From Perkinsus chesapeaki ATCC PRA-425 (Eukaryota; Protista; Perkinsozoa): a stretch of 64,000 nt of DNA. The notes beneath the pieces are model-generated. The model saw nothing but the letters and a program-made list of their open reading frames with translations, made no database searches and was not told the DNA's origin. This document shows, in pieces, positions 1 through 16,329 of the stretch. The stretch spans positions 2,280 to 66,279 of the forward strand of contig JAAPAO010000136.1 of the NCBI GenBank assembly GCA_013115145.1. The letters are read 5' to 3'. The translations under genes were made by a program, and so were the position numbers. Each line of letters starts with the position of its first letter. Positions within the stretch are counted from its first letter, which is position 1.

Positions 1-1
1 G

Positions 2-601
2 CTTTGGGCACTTTGGATAACCGGTATGGCATCCTTTGGGTTCGGTGTGGTATACACATCGTCCTCGAGAGACTATCTCATAGAGATTATCATTTATGTA
101 GCCTTTCTGGCCATACCTCCGCCGATTGTTATCATTACCTATGCATATGTCGTGGAGTCCAGAGAGGGCTTTGGCCCAAACTCTTCTATTATTAATGATA
201 TAACCCATCTACCTCCGAGTCGTAATGCTGATACTGCAGCTGCTCTACAGGCCTTCTCAAAGGAATGGTCCAAGTGGTGTGAATCTAATATTAAAGAAGG
301 CAAAGCTAACGATCTATCTCCTATTAGAGCTGGAGAGGAATCCTATTGCCCAATTTGCCTTGATGAAATAGATCCCCATGAGGAAGTTAAACAGCTCCCA
401 TGTGGGCATGTATTACCATTACCTTGTTTTGATATTTGCTTTAATAAGCATGTACCTCTTCACAGCTATGGCAAAAACCAACATCAATGCCCATTATGTC
501 GTGAAGCCTTTGGACCTGTCTATCGCCCTAATAGAGGCTCATCGATGCTCTCTTCGAGAACTTCGAATACGCTACCTCATGAGACTATCTGGCTGGCCTG
601 A
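2..601 (+). CDS. Membrane-anchored RING-H2 E3 ubiquitin ligase-like protein (5' partial)
   Basis: Frame is open upstream of ATG 26 to the window edge. Hydrophobic segments (YLIEIIIYVAFLAIPPPIVIITYAYVV) precede CPICLDE-x10-PCGHVLPLPC-x18-CPLCR. The second His ligand reads as Pro (see findings). Confidence 0.8.
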   Translation, partial: LWALWITGMASFGFGVVYTSSSRDYLIEIIIYVAFLAIPPPIVIITYAYVVESREGFGPNSSIINDITHLPPSRNADTAAALQAFSKEWSKWCESNIKEGKANDLSPIRAGEESYCPICLDEIDPHEEVKQLPCGHVLPLPCFDICFNKHVPLHSYGKNQHQCPLCREAFGPVYRPNRGSSMLSSRTSNTLPHETIWLA

Positions 602-864
602 TGGGATTTTCGATCAACTCTGCTGTTGGTCTCTGCTTCGCAAGATGATATACAGCTTCGTGAAGTGCGATGATTTTGCACGATGCTCGCGGCATATTTG
701 AGCATCAGCTTGTGGGGGCGAAGGGTTATCAGTTTGTAGTAGGTCTTGGATACTTCAAAGTAAAAGTCAATCACATTTGTTGTTTCATCATCACAGTAAA
801 TTCTATTGTGTTCCATAAGGTGTCAGAAGGATGGCGATAGTTCGCCACGGCAAGTAGTGACAAA

Positions 865-2775
865 ATGAACGTACCGCTCCTTCGACGAATCGCCGTCGTA
901 ACATCCCACAGTGGTGTTGGGCGGCTGCGGTCACGATGCTTCAGCATTATGGCTCGATATAAGGAGGTTCGACCAGCTAGCGCTGCGGAGCCGTGCAGCT
1001 CGGGTTGGAAGGTAAGATGGTCACTACTCTTATGAGGGACTGGAGTTTTGTGCCCAGCTTCCAGAACCTGAGGAAGCTTCATTACCGATGAAAGCGAATG
1101 ACGCAGAAGCTCCGGCCCCAGCTGAGATCTATCCGAGGTTCGATCCCACCTTATTAAAAATAGTGTGTCACTCAGGATTAAAGGCGGAGGCTACTATCTC
1201 CGTAATGCAGTGCCCGATGAGGCAAAACTTACCACTTCAGCGACACCAGCTCCGCACAGCATGCCTGAAAAACCGAAGTTTATAAAAGTACCCAAAGCTG
1301 ACGGTCCATCTGCATCTGCAGTTCTAGGTAGCACTCATTGGCGCTCCGAATGCGGGAAAGTCCTCCCTTATGAATTGCATGATCAACAGAAGTTTGGCTG
1401 CGGTGAGCCCGAAAGTTAATACTACTCGGGAAGAGATCCGAGGAGTGGTCACTGATGGCGATCACCAAGTAAGTGTCTTCTATTGTCGTTCTAATTAGAC
1501 CTTACCGTTCCTCAGATAGTCGTGATCGATGCACCTGGGGTAATTCCAGCAGACCAAACCAAAGGATGCAGAGCACTAGCTCGAGACGCGTGGACAGGGT
1601 GTGTTCGAAATGGCGACGGAACGCTCGATGCTCCTCTTAGTTACAATGACTGTGATCTCGTATTGCTTGTTGTCGACACTTTGCGGAGACCCGATACCGA
1701 TCTGGTGGAGCTGATTCGGAGGGTTGCCCCCAAACCAGATTTAAGTACCACTTCATCGCGGTTCATTGCTACCATTCTACTTTTCAAGGCACGGAGTATC
1801 ACCAGCGACGAAACCCAGACCTCAAGCCTACCTCAGCGCAAGAAGGTGATGCTGAGGAGACTGACAAAAGGCCACCGGTCGTACTGTGTTTGAACAAGAT
1901 CGATAAGTCTCAGCGGCTGTGGGTTCAAAAGAGAGCTGACCAATTAAAAGAGTACCTGCGCCTGCGTCGTATTAGTTACATTTCGATTGCTGCCAGACAC
2001 GGAGCATTCAAGCAAATATTTTTCATATCGGCCAAGAAAGACCGAGGCGTGAAAGCCCTGCTACATTTCCTCAAAACTCGATGCAAGGACAGAGACTGGG
2101 CCTTCCCCCCTGATGTGAGCACTACGCTGCCGATGGTCGAACAGGTAAGAAGATTCTCCTAGCCTAATGCATAGCGGAGGGCTATGAACTGCAGGTTGAG
2201 CAACTGGTCCGCACGTATCTTTTTTGTTGGTTTAACAAAGATTTGCCTTACAAGATTGAGCAGCAAACAGGTGAGGTGGAGAGACAAGTGCGTCTCGATG
2301 CATTTTTATGGCGAAAAATACCCGATGCAGGATTCGAACCTACGACCATCTGCTCCGTAGGCAGACATTCTATCCAGCTGAACTAATCGGGCGCTGATTT
2401 TAAATTTTCTCACTTTAACTCGTCCGTTCCTTCAGTTGGATGGACACCTCGACTTGACGGTGGTTTAACTATCGAGCATGAACTTAAAGTCCAGGATAGC
2501 ATCGTACTCCGCATGATCTGCGGTACTCGTAACCGAATCATCCGACGGCTGCGGCAAAATGTTGCCTACAAACTCGAACAGGTAGCAATAGATGTAGGTG
2601 GTAGTAATACCAACATTTCCTTCAGGCATGGGGCATCAAGCCAATACAATTAGTGATTTGGGTAAAGGCTAAAGTAGTTCGAAGATCAAAAAGAGATATT
2701 CAAGAGTATCGAGCACAGTTCTTCGAGGCCCGAGCAACTGCCAAAGGTAACCCCAATGCCACAGTTTCACATTGA
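865..2775 (+). CDS. ERAL1: Era/ERAL1-like GTPase, probably mitochondrial (multi-exon)
   Basis: Spliced reading gives G1 VALIGAPNAGKSSLMN, G2 VSPKVNTTR, G3 DAPG, G4 NKID, FISAK, and a C-terminal KH-like region (DLPYKIEQQT..GWTPRLDGGLTIEHEL). N-terminus MNVPLLRRIAVVTSHSGVGRLRSRCFS resembles a transit peptide. Confidence 0.9.
2314..2318 (-). terminator. Pol III terminator (T5) of tRNA-Arg
   Basis: TTTTT immediately 3' of the tRNA discriminator on the minus strand. Confidence 0.6.
2319..2392 (-). tRNA. tRNA-Arg(ACG)
   Basis: Minus strand GCCCGATTAGTTCAGCTGGATAGAATGTCTGCCTACGGAGCAGATGGTCGTAGGTTCGAATCCTGCATCGGGTA. Acceptor GCCCGAT/ATCGGGT, anticodon stem TCTGC/GCAGA around CT-ACG-GA, T-loop TTCGAAT. 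Confidence 0.93.
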
Positions 2776-2999
2776 ACTACTTCCCATGCAAACATACCTC
2801 TCTTTCCGAGGAGGCAACCAACGTTTCTGTAAACCCGTGTTATGTTTTGGAGTTGTTAACGTATAACGCGACAACTGCGGAATGCAGAAAAATGCCCAAA
2901 ATAACATCTAACCGCCTCCTATGTACGATAAACTGTATATTTGCACGACCTGCTGCTCCTGCTGCTGTACACTTGGTGATGGTGGATTATGACTGTAGA

Positions 3000-4507
3000 T
3001 TACCAATGAGCCTTGAGTACCAGTTTCAATCAGCAAAACAACATTTACTGGCGAATGCCGCCTAAACCACAAATGTATCGGTTATCGAATCAGCTATAGC
3101 TCACCTGGAGAGACTAGCTCTTGCAGTGCCGTTGGCGGTAGCATTCCAAGGTTCACGAGAAGACCAATCTATCGGAGATGATAATCATAATCTCACGGGC
3201 ACTACTCAATACCTGCCACTTCCTGGCCATAGTGTCCTCTTTGAGACAGTTAGCAATGGTAGTGTTTGGTGCGGCGTCGATTTTCAATTGAGGGGGAAGA
3301 CATTGCCTGAGGATCACCATGAAAGGTTAACCAGTAAAAGCCAATTGTCCGTATTTGCCCGATTAGTACCTTAGGGCCTCCCGGGCACGATCGTTCTCCG
3401 AGAGACGCTGATAACATCTAATGATGTGCTTAAGTAAACGGGACGAGGGTGCCTCGGACAAGGATTGAACCTGCGCGCAATTAGATGCCCGAAATCCTTG
3501 CAAAGGCGCTCTACCATGTTGCCAAGGACGGTGCTGACAGCGTAGAATCTTTCCGCGGTTGCACAGATATACTGCAATCCATTATCGTCCAGCAATATCT
3601 TCTGTATGATGAACGTCGCAACGGTCTGTCAATTCCAAGGAATCACTCCCCCAACGCCACCACCACCACCATCCCGGTACTACTCTTGACAGCTCTGAGC
3701 CTGTCTCCATTATACGAAGGCACAGCGGGATAATCTCCGTTTGTAGGAGAAATTGTACGACCTAAAGCCCGGACCTGTGGATCGAACCCGCGACCTTTCC
3801 GTTCACTACCTGCTCATCATCCACCTTAACTAGAGCGCCGATGACTCCCAAGCTTGTCAAACGTAGGTACTCGAAAGGACGAACCTTTGAGACGGTATTG
3901 AGGAAAGGGTACCTATGAGCAGCGAAGTCCTCCCCTTAAGCGTTATGGCGATTACAAGAATAATGGTATATGAGCCTGTAGGAAAGGCTTCCTGGTCTCT
4001 GGGTGACTAGCCAAACACTGCAAGAGAGCCAATGCATTGCAAGCTCTATTGGACACCGCAGCCGATAGATTAGGTGGGCTCAGGCAAGGATAAACAGCAA
4101 GCATCTCCTAACAGAGGAATATAAAGCATCTAAAGATAGGCTATATCACCTGTAATAGGGCAGCCACAGTGCCGAAGGAATACCAAAGTATCGGGGCCAA
4201 ATCAGGGAAAGATTCTCGCCTCTTGGAGAGTTCCAAAAGAGCTTGCTCACGCTTCTCAGGTATGGTAAGGTCCAAGACTAAGATACGCAGGTTAAAAGAT
4301 ACGCCTCGAGTGAGCTAAGCTACCTAAGAGATATATCTTCTCCTTTTCGGCCTGAGATGCAGCGGCAGCTACCGCATTAGCCTGAGGTTGAACCATGCTC
4401 GACCCACAAGAGAAAGATACTACTCTATCAACCGGTTGGACAGCAGGAGGGATAGGTGCAGATCCTGGAGGAGCCCCGATCCCCGGCTGAGAGCTTGAAT
4501 GATTCAT
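3000..4507 (-). CDS. CNOT9: CCR4-NOT subunit 9 (RCD1/CAF40), multi-exon; 3' end approximate
   Basis: Exons read [60 protein letters not shown]|[64 protein letters not shown]. Confidence 0.93.
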
Positions 4508-4884
4508 AACAGGTAACAAGATTCTAACAAGGTTCAATTCAAGTCACTCGTGATCTCACACAATGTAATGCCGGGGAGATATCTTGCTAACCTTGCTATC
4601 TTGAGTTTCCTCAACGTCTGCTATGGTCAAATGATTAGCAGCAGAACGCGTTGGTTTAGATGACTCTTACTGATTAAAGCAGTCATTTTGCTCAGCCAAT
4701 CGTTTGTATAATCGTATCATGCATATATAAATCACCGTTGGGATCGATTCCTCCTTTTGGTCTTGGTCTATTGAACAACCTTCCGAGTATCCTCCTCGGT
4801 GGAGTATCTTTTGGCTTTGCCCTCGATGATGATAAACACTATGATAACTCAGGTAGTTTAATAAATCCATTTTGTTTAACTACT

Positions 4885-8108
<3,224 letters not shown>

Positions 8109-8809
8109 AGTGTGTTGTGATGATTAAGTGATGATAGCGGTTGATATTCGTGATTAGCACTACATACTATGAAGACACTACAATAATAGGTTTCTAATAT
8201 CACAATGGTCAGACAACTTGTGTACAGTACAACAGTCAAAAGCAGCAGGAAAATAACGATAAGGCCTATTGGCGTTAGTAGCGGATTCTCACCTCGTATT
8301 TCGGCCGCGTTGGCCAAAGTAATAACCAGCTCGAAATCTACCGAGATGTAGAACTATACCGTAGCCACCCGATAGAACATAGCCATCAACCCGAACTAGA
8401 GGACTCGATATGTGTACATGAGTTATAACTTGTTCTGATCAGGTAGGTTCGCAAATGTTCAAGTGTGTTCGAACCAATATCATTAAGGATAGCCTCACGA
8501 ACGCGAAGATCCGGCAGTTTATTTTTTTCGCACGAACATGACATGAACGAAGCATGCATCCACATTACGAATAGTTTTTATCCTCAAGGAAGGTATTTCC
8601 GTGGGGCTAGATGAGTTGCTGATCATAAGCTTAGCTTATACAGTATCAGCTCCATAGACTTCATCACTTTGTACATTGACAACACAGTACTAACATCCTC
8701 GGTATTCCTGTAGTATTGCTTTTTGCACGTGTGTAGTCTTTATACTGCACATTACTAACTCTCAACTAGACACGTTTTTTCCAACACCACCATTTGATAA
8801 AGTTCACAT

Positions 8810-10735
8810 CTAGCGAGGATATCGTGGATTTGTTTTAGTAATAAAGTAATTTATAGCAGTACAGGTAGCATCCCCTGCTCCGGTGCTTGAAGCCATCCTA
8901 ACAGCCATTTGGGCGCTTGTCATCTTCTTCCTGCTGCCATCTTCTTTCTCGCCGAATTTAACACCTCCCAGCCAATGTGGTACTTCTCGCATAACGTTTC
9001 TGATTGATACGCGGATCGGCATTTCGCCTTTAGAGATGCTTGCTTGTGATTTTCCCAGATAATAAACAATGGATGTAAGGCAGGTAGTTAGTAATTTATC
9101 GGATCCATCTTTGACTGCTGACTGGCTGAAGTACTTATTAAACTTCTTAAGTCGGACACCACTCTCAGACCTGAACCAGATTTTGAAACCCCACAGAGTC
9201 GCACGGAGATCTCACTTTACTGGTAGCTGTGCCAACTCAAATTTATCAACGAGTCTATTGATACGATGTACTTGTATATCTTTCATAGTTGTACTTTCCT
9301 GAGCACACACCAGAGGTTTCCTTCCAAGCTGACTATCTTTTCGTTGGAGTTTCAACTCTGGCTGAACTGTCAGGGTGCAGGTATCGATATCCGCTCCTTG
9401 GCCCTGAAATTTAAGGTTCGAACAACCACTAAGGTAGGTGAGCTTACCATGGAGTTAAGTTGACTTGCGAAGTTAACAAGGGCGAGTATAGACCTTCCGA
9501 CTGGGTCTTCAGCATCGCGGCTGGTTTGTCGAGAGGCTTTTTTATTCTTCTTCCCCTCGATAGAAGCAAGCTCCTTTTTGCGCAACTCATCTTGCTTCAT
9601 CAAATCCTCTGCGCCAAGAGGCTTGCCTAGCTGTAGGCCAGTAACAATGGATCCATGAAACAGGTATTTCGCGAGCAAAGCATGGCAGGTTTTTGGCTCG
9701 ACCTTTTCCGCTGGAGTGTCGATGGTGTTCCCGGCAGCATCTAGCAAAACCGAGAGCTCTTTTCTGATAGGGACGACTTCACTGAAGTGCATCACTAATG
9801 ATTTGCGTGCTATTCATTCTCCGTACTCGTTCCTCCTCAAGGATAGTCTCTGTACACGTTTACCGAGTATTTTTAACTCTTCTATACCGGCCTCGTAGGT
9901 ATGATCAAACAAAGTGGCTTTCACATGGCACTTGCCCCTGTATTCGCCTTCTTCCTGAGATAATCGAGATTATATGTCTTTTCCGGATTATACATCACTT
10001 TCAAGCTCATCCACGACTTCTTAGCTAGTTTAAGAGCTCTTGATAATTCCTACCACGACATCTTGAGTATGCTTGGTGATATGGCAAGGCTTCTCTACCT
10101 CTTTCGTGTGTTTAGTTGTGATGAGTCCACGATCGCCAACAATGTAAGCTTGCCCTTGGGCCAACCCTGCCAGGTCTTCAACACCGGTAGAGACCGCTCC
10201 ATGTGCTGAGAATGTCTTCCCGGAAGGTTTGTTCCGCGTTTGCTCGTTGAAATTCGAGTGTACCGTGTGCACCCAATCAGTAAGCATCATCGGTATAGTA
10301 AGAGCCGTTTTGAGTGCAGCGGAGCCGGCAAGAGTTCTATAAATGACATCGAGGCAGGGGTTATCGCCTGAGATTTGGGGTATGGGCTTGACCAGAGTTT
10401 CGACAAAGTCGAGGTTAATATCAATTCTGAAGTGGAAGCAGAACATGGATAAACAGTACTGCAGTGGTTCTCACCTTCCGTTGTTGGTTGTGATCGCCAT
10501 ACCGCTTTCCATATCCAACGCTACTTCACATTCGCCAAGAAATCGAGTCTTCGCTGAGATGGCGCATACCCACGGGGAAGGGGAAATAGACTGATTCGAA
10601 GGTGTTCCTCTGCGAAAGGCAACATCGTACTAAAGAATCTTCATCACTGCTGTCAATGGACGATGCACTGTGTACTGCAGAGGATGGCGCGATCATAGTG
10701 GCCGCGATGAATGAACACAGGCATATCACCTTCAT
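8810..10735 (-). CDS. Secreted modular family member F (hypothetical; probably extends 3' below 8810)
   Basis: Signal-peptide-like start MKVICLCSFIAATMIAPSSA. Later exons contain AKTRFLGECEVALDMESG..INLDF, DNPCLDVIYRTL, KTCHALLAKYLF and TTCLTSIVYYLGK, which resemble motifs in genes A and B. The frame join near 10560-10600 is unresolved. Confidence 0.6.
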
Positions 10736-11191
10736 TGAAAAGTTTGTGAACACCTGGACAACTAATGGAAATAAAGGTGCGTCCCCCCGTGACGTGACGT
10801 GCTGTTTGATGAGTACCATCAATGTGTTAATCATACCCTATCATTCGTAATATAGCGTATAGTCTGATCAATATGAGGTGTTTGTGGCCCAGTGTAATGG
10901 ACAGCCGTCAAGGTCACAGTCGACAAAGAATAGTCTTAATTTTATAATAGATAAGCTTCGGTTGCGTGCTTGAAAAGTCCAAAGGCAAGCCACCGCCTCT
11001 TCTGCCTTTTTGTTGGTAAATATACTTCACGAAGCGTCCCTCGATTCGAACACAGCACCGGAGCTACGAACAGCGTGACAACATCGACATCGAACATCAT
11101 GTGGTTGACCAATAAGCTCAACTTGGTGATATATTTGAAGAGGGGTCAACCTATATATAAGATAAGGGCGTTTCACTGATAGACTCGCTTA

Positions 11192-14100
11192 CTAATATCT
11201 GCAATATCCGAGAGCCTTGCCAAGAACGGAGTCTTCCGGTATGCGGAATATCATCCCGCCATCCTCCACGCCTGCTCGTATCGTCCTAATCTGATTATAC
11301 GCCGCATCTGCGTCTACATCCCTCGCTTTGTTCAGCTTTGAGAATGAGACAAGGTAGTCGACGAGGGTAAGCCGGCATAAATCCTTCGTGTCGAGTGTCC
11401 CGTCCTGGAAAGAACCAAGCGTGAAGTGAGGGGCAATTCGTTTCGAAAGTTGTTTGATAGCTCCGTCATCTGTAATGATTGAACTGAAGTGAGGATGATG
11501 CTCAGGAGTGCCGCAGGAGCAAGTGAGGAATTACTCTCCATTTCTTATCGAATAAATGGTAAAATCGGCCCCGAGTGTTAAGGAATGCTTCGGCTCGTCT
11601 TCTCCAGATTCTCTGGTCAACAAAGTTGCAAGTGTGCATGCACCACCATCACTTGGCTGAAGAGGTACAGTAAGAACGACATGAGCAGTTCGCAGCCCCT
11701 CACCTCCCACGCCATCGTTCTCCCATTACGGCCAGAATCTTTGTTGTCCTTCAACCACCGTTGGTCACGAATCAACCCACTGGACTTGATGATAAAACCA
11801 GATAAACTAGACTCATCAACAACATATTCGTTTCCCATTTTTCGCCATTTCTTCTCCCTAACTTCCGCTTCAATTTTCTGGGATACGCGTTTAGTAAGAC
11901 CAGCGTTGCCGGAATCACGGCGAGACATCCAAGATCTGACCAGTACATCTTGAAGCCTTTCACCGCACTTTAACGTTCTAGTATTCTTGGCGATTGGAGG
12001 GTTTTGAGCTTCCAGCCTCGAGCTTATTTCACGGTGAAGCAACCTGCGATGATGAGGTCAACATAGGGCCTCATTGAAAGCTTTGCAGTGGGCTGTCAGC
12101 ATCACTTACACTTTAATCGGTGTGGCTGTCGTGCTCCCGGAGATCACAACGCCGCCTGTCGCGGTAGAGGTAAACTTATATACCCGTGCAAGGGAATCTG
12201 CCTCCGCTTTAATATTGCAATCTTGTTCCTGATGAGAATGAGATATGATAAGAAGGTGATGGATCGTCCTCACCGATTCCATAGCAACCTCATATATGTT
12301 TTTCAGCGAGCTGGAAATGACACCTCCATCATTTTGGACATGAAATCTAACTTCATTGTCGCCGTCTGGAGTAGCAACGCCCGCAGTAGTAGAGGCCTCG
12401 GGAGCAGGAGTCTTCAGAAGTCCTAGGCTCTCTAGCATAGTCTCATCATCATCATCCTCATTCGTGGCAGCAGTCAAGTACAAAAGAAGAGCGCGCTTGC
12501 AGAACTCGACCTTCGGGGAATCTTTTAGTGGCTCCTGCTGCCAACTTGACAGGCGTGAGACTTCTTCAAATCGACCAAGTATAAAGTCCGAAAATTTCTC
12601 GCTTCCTCGACCGGTACTGAAACGTGACAGGCAGATGTGACTCGTTAGGGAACTTTTGCTACTATTCTGGGCCGGTGATTTCTTGAATACCGAAGTGCGA
12701 TGCTAGTTTCAGAGCAACCTGACCTTTGCCTTTCGTCCGCCCTGCCTGCATTTCTATACTGCATGCCGATGAACCCTGAAGATGTATGACAGATTATGAT
12801 GTGTTGTACGGTCGCTCCATCTCACCGATCTGGCCCGAGCTCCCCAATTCGTCGAAGAGAACGACGGGACGATGACGCTGCCGTCTGCTGCTGTCTCGGC
12901 GACCGTCCAGGAGATTTCGCTCTGTCGTTCCGCCACAGTCTTCTCTAGGATGTCCCAAGCAAGTGTTGAAGGCGCCAGAAGATATACTGATAGCTCCGGT
13001 ATCGGCTTGGACCAGGAGGATTCATCTTTCATCTCGGTCTCAATATATTCCTTTAACATCGACCTCAGGATCTCCATTGCTCGATTGGTTGTCTTTGGAC
13101 GATTCTGCCATTCTTTCAACAGAAAATCGCCAAGGTATTTCTGGCAGGTTGAAAGTTCCGAGGGGGTGCTCTCGATATCGACATCCGGTGTGGAAGATGT
13201 TTCGTCGTCTGGCGAGTCTTTCCTGATAGCAATCAGAGCAACGTCCTGTCAGTTACGGCCTGCTGTATCGTTACTGAATTATGTGGAGGGATATGCTCAT
13301 TTCGCCAGTTCGCTGGCCATCTTTAAGATTCATAATACGACAAACTCTTTCCCTTGTCTAAAAGTATTAATGATGAAATCCATGACTCAATCTAACACTA
13401 CTGGCAGGGCAATTCCCCAAAGTGGGTCGTCTTGAGCATATCTCATCAACTTAGCATACATTTTCGGTACAAGCTGCTCTCCAAGCGATATCTTTGTCAA
13501 GTCCAGATGGACATAGACCCCAGCTCTTTCATAGCGCTCCTGAGGTTTCCGTACATCAGAGCTCGATAGGATTTTTGGCAGAGGTGTCTCTGCCTCTACT
13601 AGCCCCTTGTTGGGTGGCAGGCTGAGCTGGGTGTACCAAACATAGCATGCGATAGACAGCAAACATTTATCTTCTTTCGTGCCCTCTACCCTCCTTTTCA
13701 AAAACTTAACACATCGCTCTGGTGCATCGGCATATTCTTTCTCCCTTCCTTCCGGGTCCCTTCTATTCATATTAATAGGATACACGTCATTTCTGATAGA
13801 AAAACCGGTTTTTAACATGAAAAGTGGGGTTTTTAGATACAGCGTATAATAACACCGCCCCCATAGCCTTCCAACATGGAAGAGCTTCTCCATGTTATAT
13901 GTGCTCAGCGGAGACTTTTGTAAATGTCTAAGAGGTGGTATCATTTGCTCGTCTCATATGACCCTGCGAGAACTTTTTGTGGTTTCCAAGCTTTTGAGCG
14001 ATTCCAGGCATACTACTTCACAGATCTCAACAAGAGCTTTACGTTCGTAAATATAACAATATTATGAAACTCACCCACAGCGAATCGTTATGAGGGCGGC

Positions 14101-16245
14101 GGCGGCAGAGGAGCTAGTTTATTTTAAGCGTCCCGTACTATCAAATAAAGCCTTTTAGAGAAGATCTCAGAGGCGTACACTAGTCGATCGGTAGAAATGT
14201 ACTGAAGCGTCTAACTTACTCGCCATCGGTTATCATATGTATTTGGGCTAGTCCTTCCGAAGAATACGAATCCTTCATCTCAAAATAATAACTTTTATCA
14301 TTTGATTCCCAAGTTGCTCGACAAGGCATATCCTTACAAGACATAATATAACAATTCAATTACTTTTTAGACTCACCTTCCTTTCTTTAACTGCATTTTC
14401 AAGTTCGAGTAAAGCTTCACCAAGATCGGATCTTTCGTCCACTCTAAAGCTTTTACGATTCTGTTGGCCTTCATCATGTTGTCTGTCTTCCCAATAAATC
14501 ACTTTGTCCATTTCTTTTCCATCCAAATCTTCATAAGATTTTCCCATAACTTCATTTGCATATTTAAGTATTGCACGAAGATGATCAAATATAGCCATAC
14601 GGCAGAGGGTAACATCATCATGTAATGAGGAAGGGTTAATAGAAGATGGTTGGAAATAATGCATCAAATCAATCCTCAGTTTGTTAGGATATTCAACAAA
14701 CGAATTATCACCAAACCTACGAGGACAAGTGTGTGTTACGATAGTAATGGTTACGTAACTACCCAAGTCGTTGAACTTTATGTATTGTAAAATCCTGGTC
14801 AAGTTGTAACTCAAGAAGGCCAAACTGACGGAGTTTGCTTCTTTGCTCGCCCATTTGTGATATCTCACATAACACTGGGTCCTGAGCATGTTTATTAAAC
14901 AGTGAGAAGTCTTTTGCTTACCCTCGAAGGTGGCGCTAAAACATCTAACCTTAACAGGAACTTTTCGGAGTTTCTTTCCATCAAAGAGATCAACTGACTT
15001 CCTAGGAAGGATCCATGCTCAGCCACATATACGCTTTTCTCAAGGGTAACTGAGCTCGCGAGATCTGCTTTCATTCTCGCACCAATAAAGCTCGTCAGCT
15101 TCTTCGTCATGTGTCTTTGGGATAAGTCGGTTATAGTGGGGAGCAGATCGCCAAGCTCATGGTAGCAGCTCTTCCACTTCCTGGTTTTACGTTGAACATT
15201 CTGGATGAGTGTGTGGTAAGAGTGCCTGAAAGAACCCTCAATCGTGAAGAAGAGCTCTGACTCAGCTCCACCGTACTCGCGCTCTCCCTGCATGTCCTGA
15301 AGATAGCTGGTAATTGCACCGAGCAAGACATCTCCTTTTTGGTTGAGGAATATCTGATAGTTATGTTGGTCATCCCCACTTTTGACAATTGTCCCTAAAG
15401 TGCATTTAGAATCCTAAACATGAATAAGCTCGACAATATAATAATGTTATAATTACAGTAAAGTATTCCACACCAGTTGTTGGTTCAAGTGCCACCATAT
15501 ATCCTATAAGCTCACTCAACCCTATCACTGCTGCTTCCATGGTAGTAGACTGTGGGATTTGGAAGCCTCCCTTACGGTCTTCCTTCAGTTCTAGTATCGT
15601 ACTGATTTCATCAAGTACATCCCCAAATGGCCCTCCAGCTCCCAGTGCTGAAGCTGAGGTGCTCGGAGAAGATCCATCTTCGGAGTTAACCAACCGTCTT
15701 TTACTCGATGACGATGGCGAGGCAGCGTATGATGCTTCCTGTACGTCGACATCTGCTTTCAGTAGTTTTCTGATCTCTCCGTTCGCCCTATTCGAAGTCC
15801 TCCACAAGTATCCAGCTTTGAGATGAGAAGCCATGCTTTGTAAGCACTCGGCCTTAGCGAGCGATTTAGGACTGCCCTCCCCGGTAGTGGGTGATAGCTC
15901 GAGGATAACTCTTTGAATCTCATTAAAGGCGACCGATGGGCCAGTCGGCCGCATACGGTAGCTGAGCCTGAATAGGGCAGCCGGGGCGTGATATGAAAAA
16001 CATTGTGAATGTTACTGGCTGTTGGTGTAGAAATCCAATTCAAATGTTCCCACACCTTCCTCAAAGTCAAAGAGATACTCCTTTTCAATAACTTTATATT
16101 TAGCTGTGCACTTCTTAACCTTTTTATTGCCAATCTGAGTAATAACAATTCATTCAAGATTAATTGTGATAATTGTTACCATTCGAGAAGTTGATAATAC
16201 CTCGACACCCAATGCCAGTAATATTAAATGACAAGTGTACAACAT
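11192..16245 (-). CDS. Secreted modular family member A (large multi-exon hypothetical protein)
   Basis: Starts MLYTCHLILLALGVEVLSTSRM (signal peptide). GT-AG introns link ORFs 15406, 14895, 14356, 13387, 12754, 12106 and 11617. C-terminal exon reads DLCRLTLVDYLVSF...SVLGKAL. One splice join near 13270 appears 1 nt out of phase. Confidence 0.72.
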
Positions 16246-16329
16246 GGATTAAAAGGTAACAGCTATCATAAAGAATAACTTCCTATTGTCGAAGGGAGGG
16301 TTAAACACGAAGGACATCATCTTCATGAT

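Noticed and set aside
8358-8367. ACCGTAGCCA matching the 5' part of the Perkinsus/dinoflagellate spliced leader as I recall it
   Set aside because: Only 10 nt, not followed by the rest of the leader or a GT donor; expected by chance.
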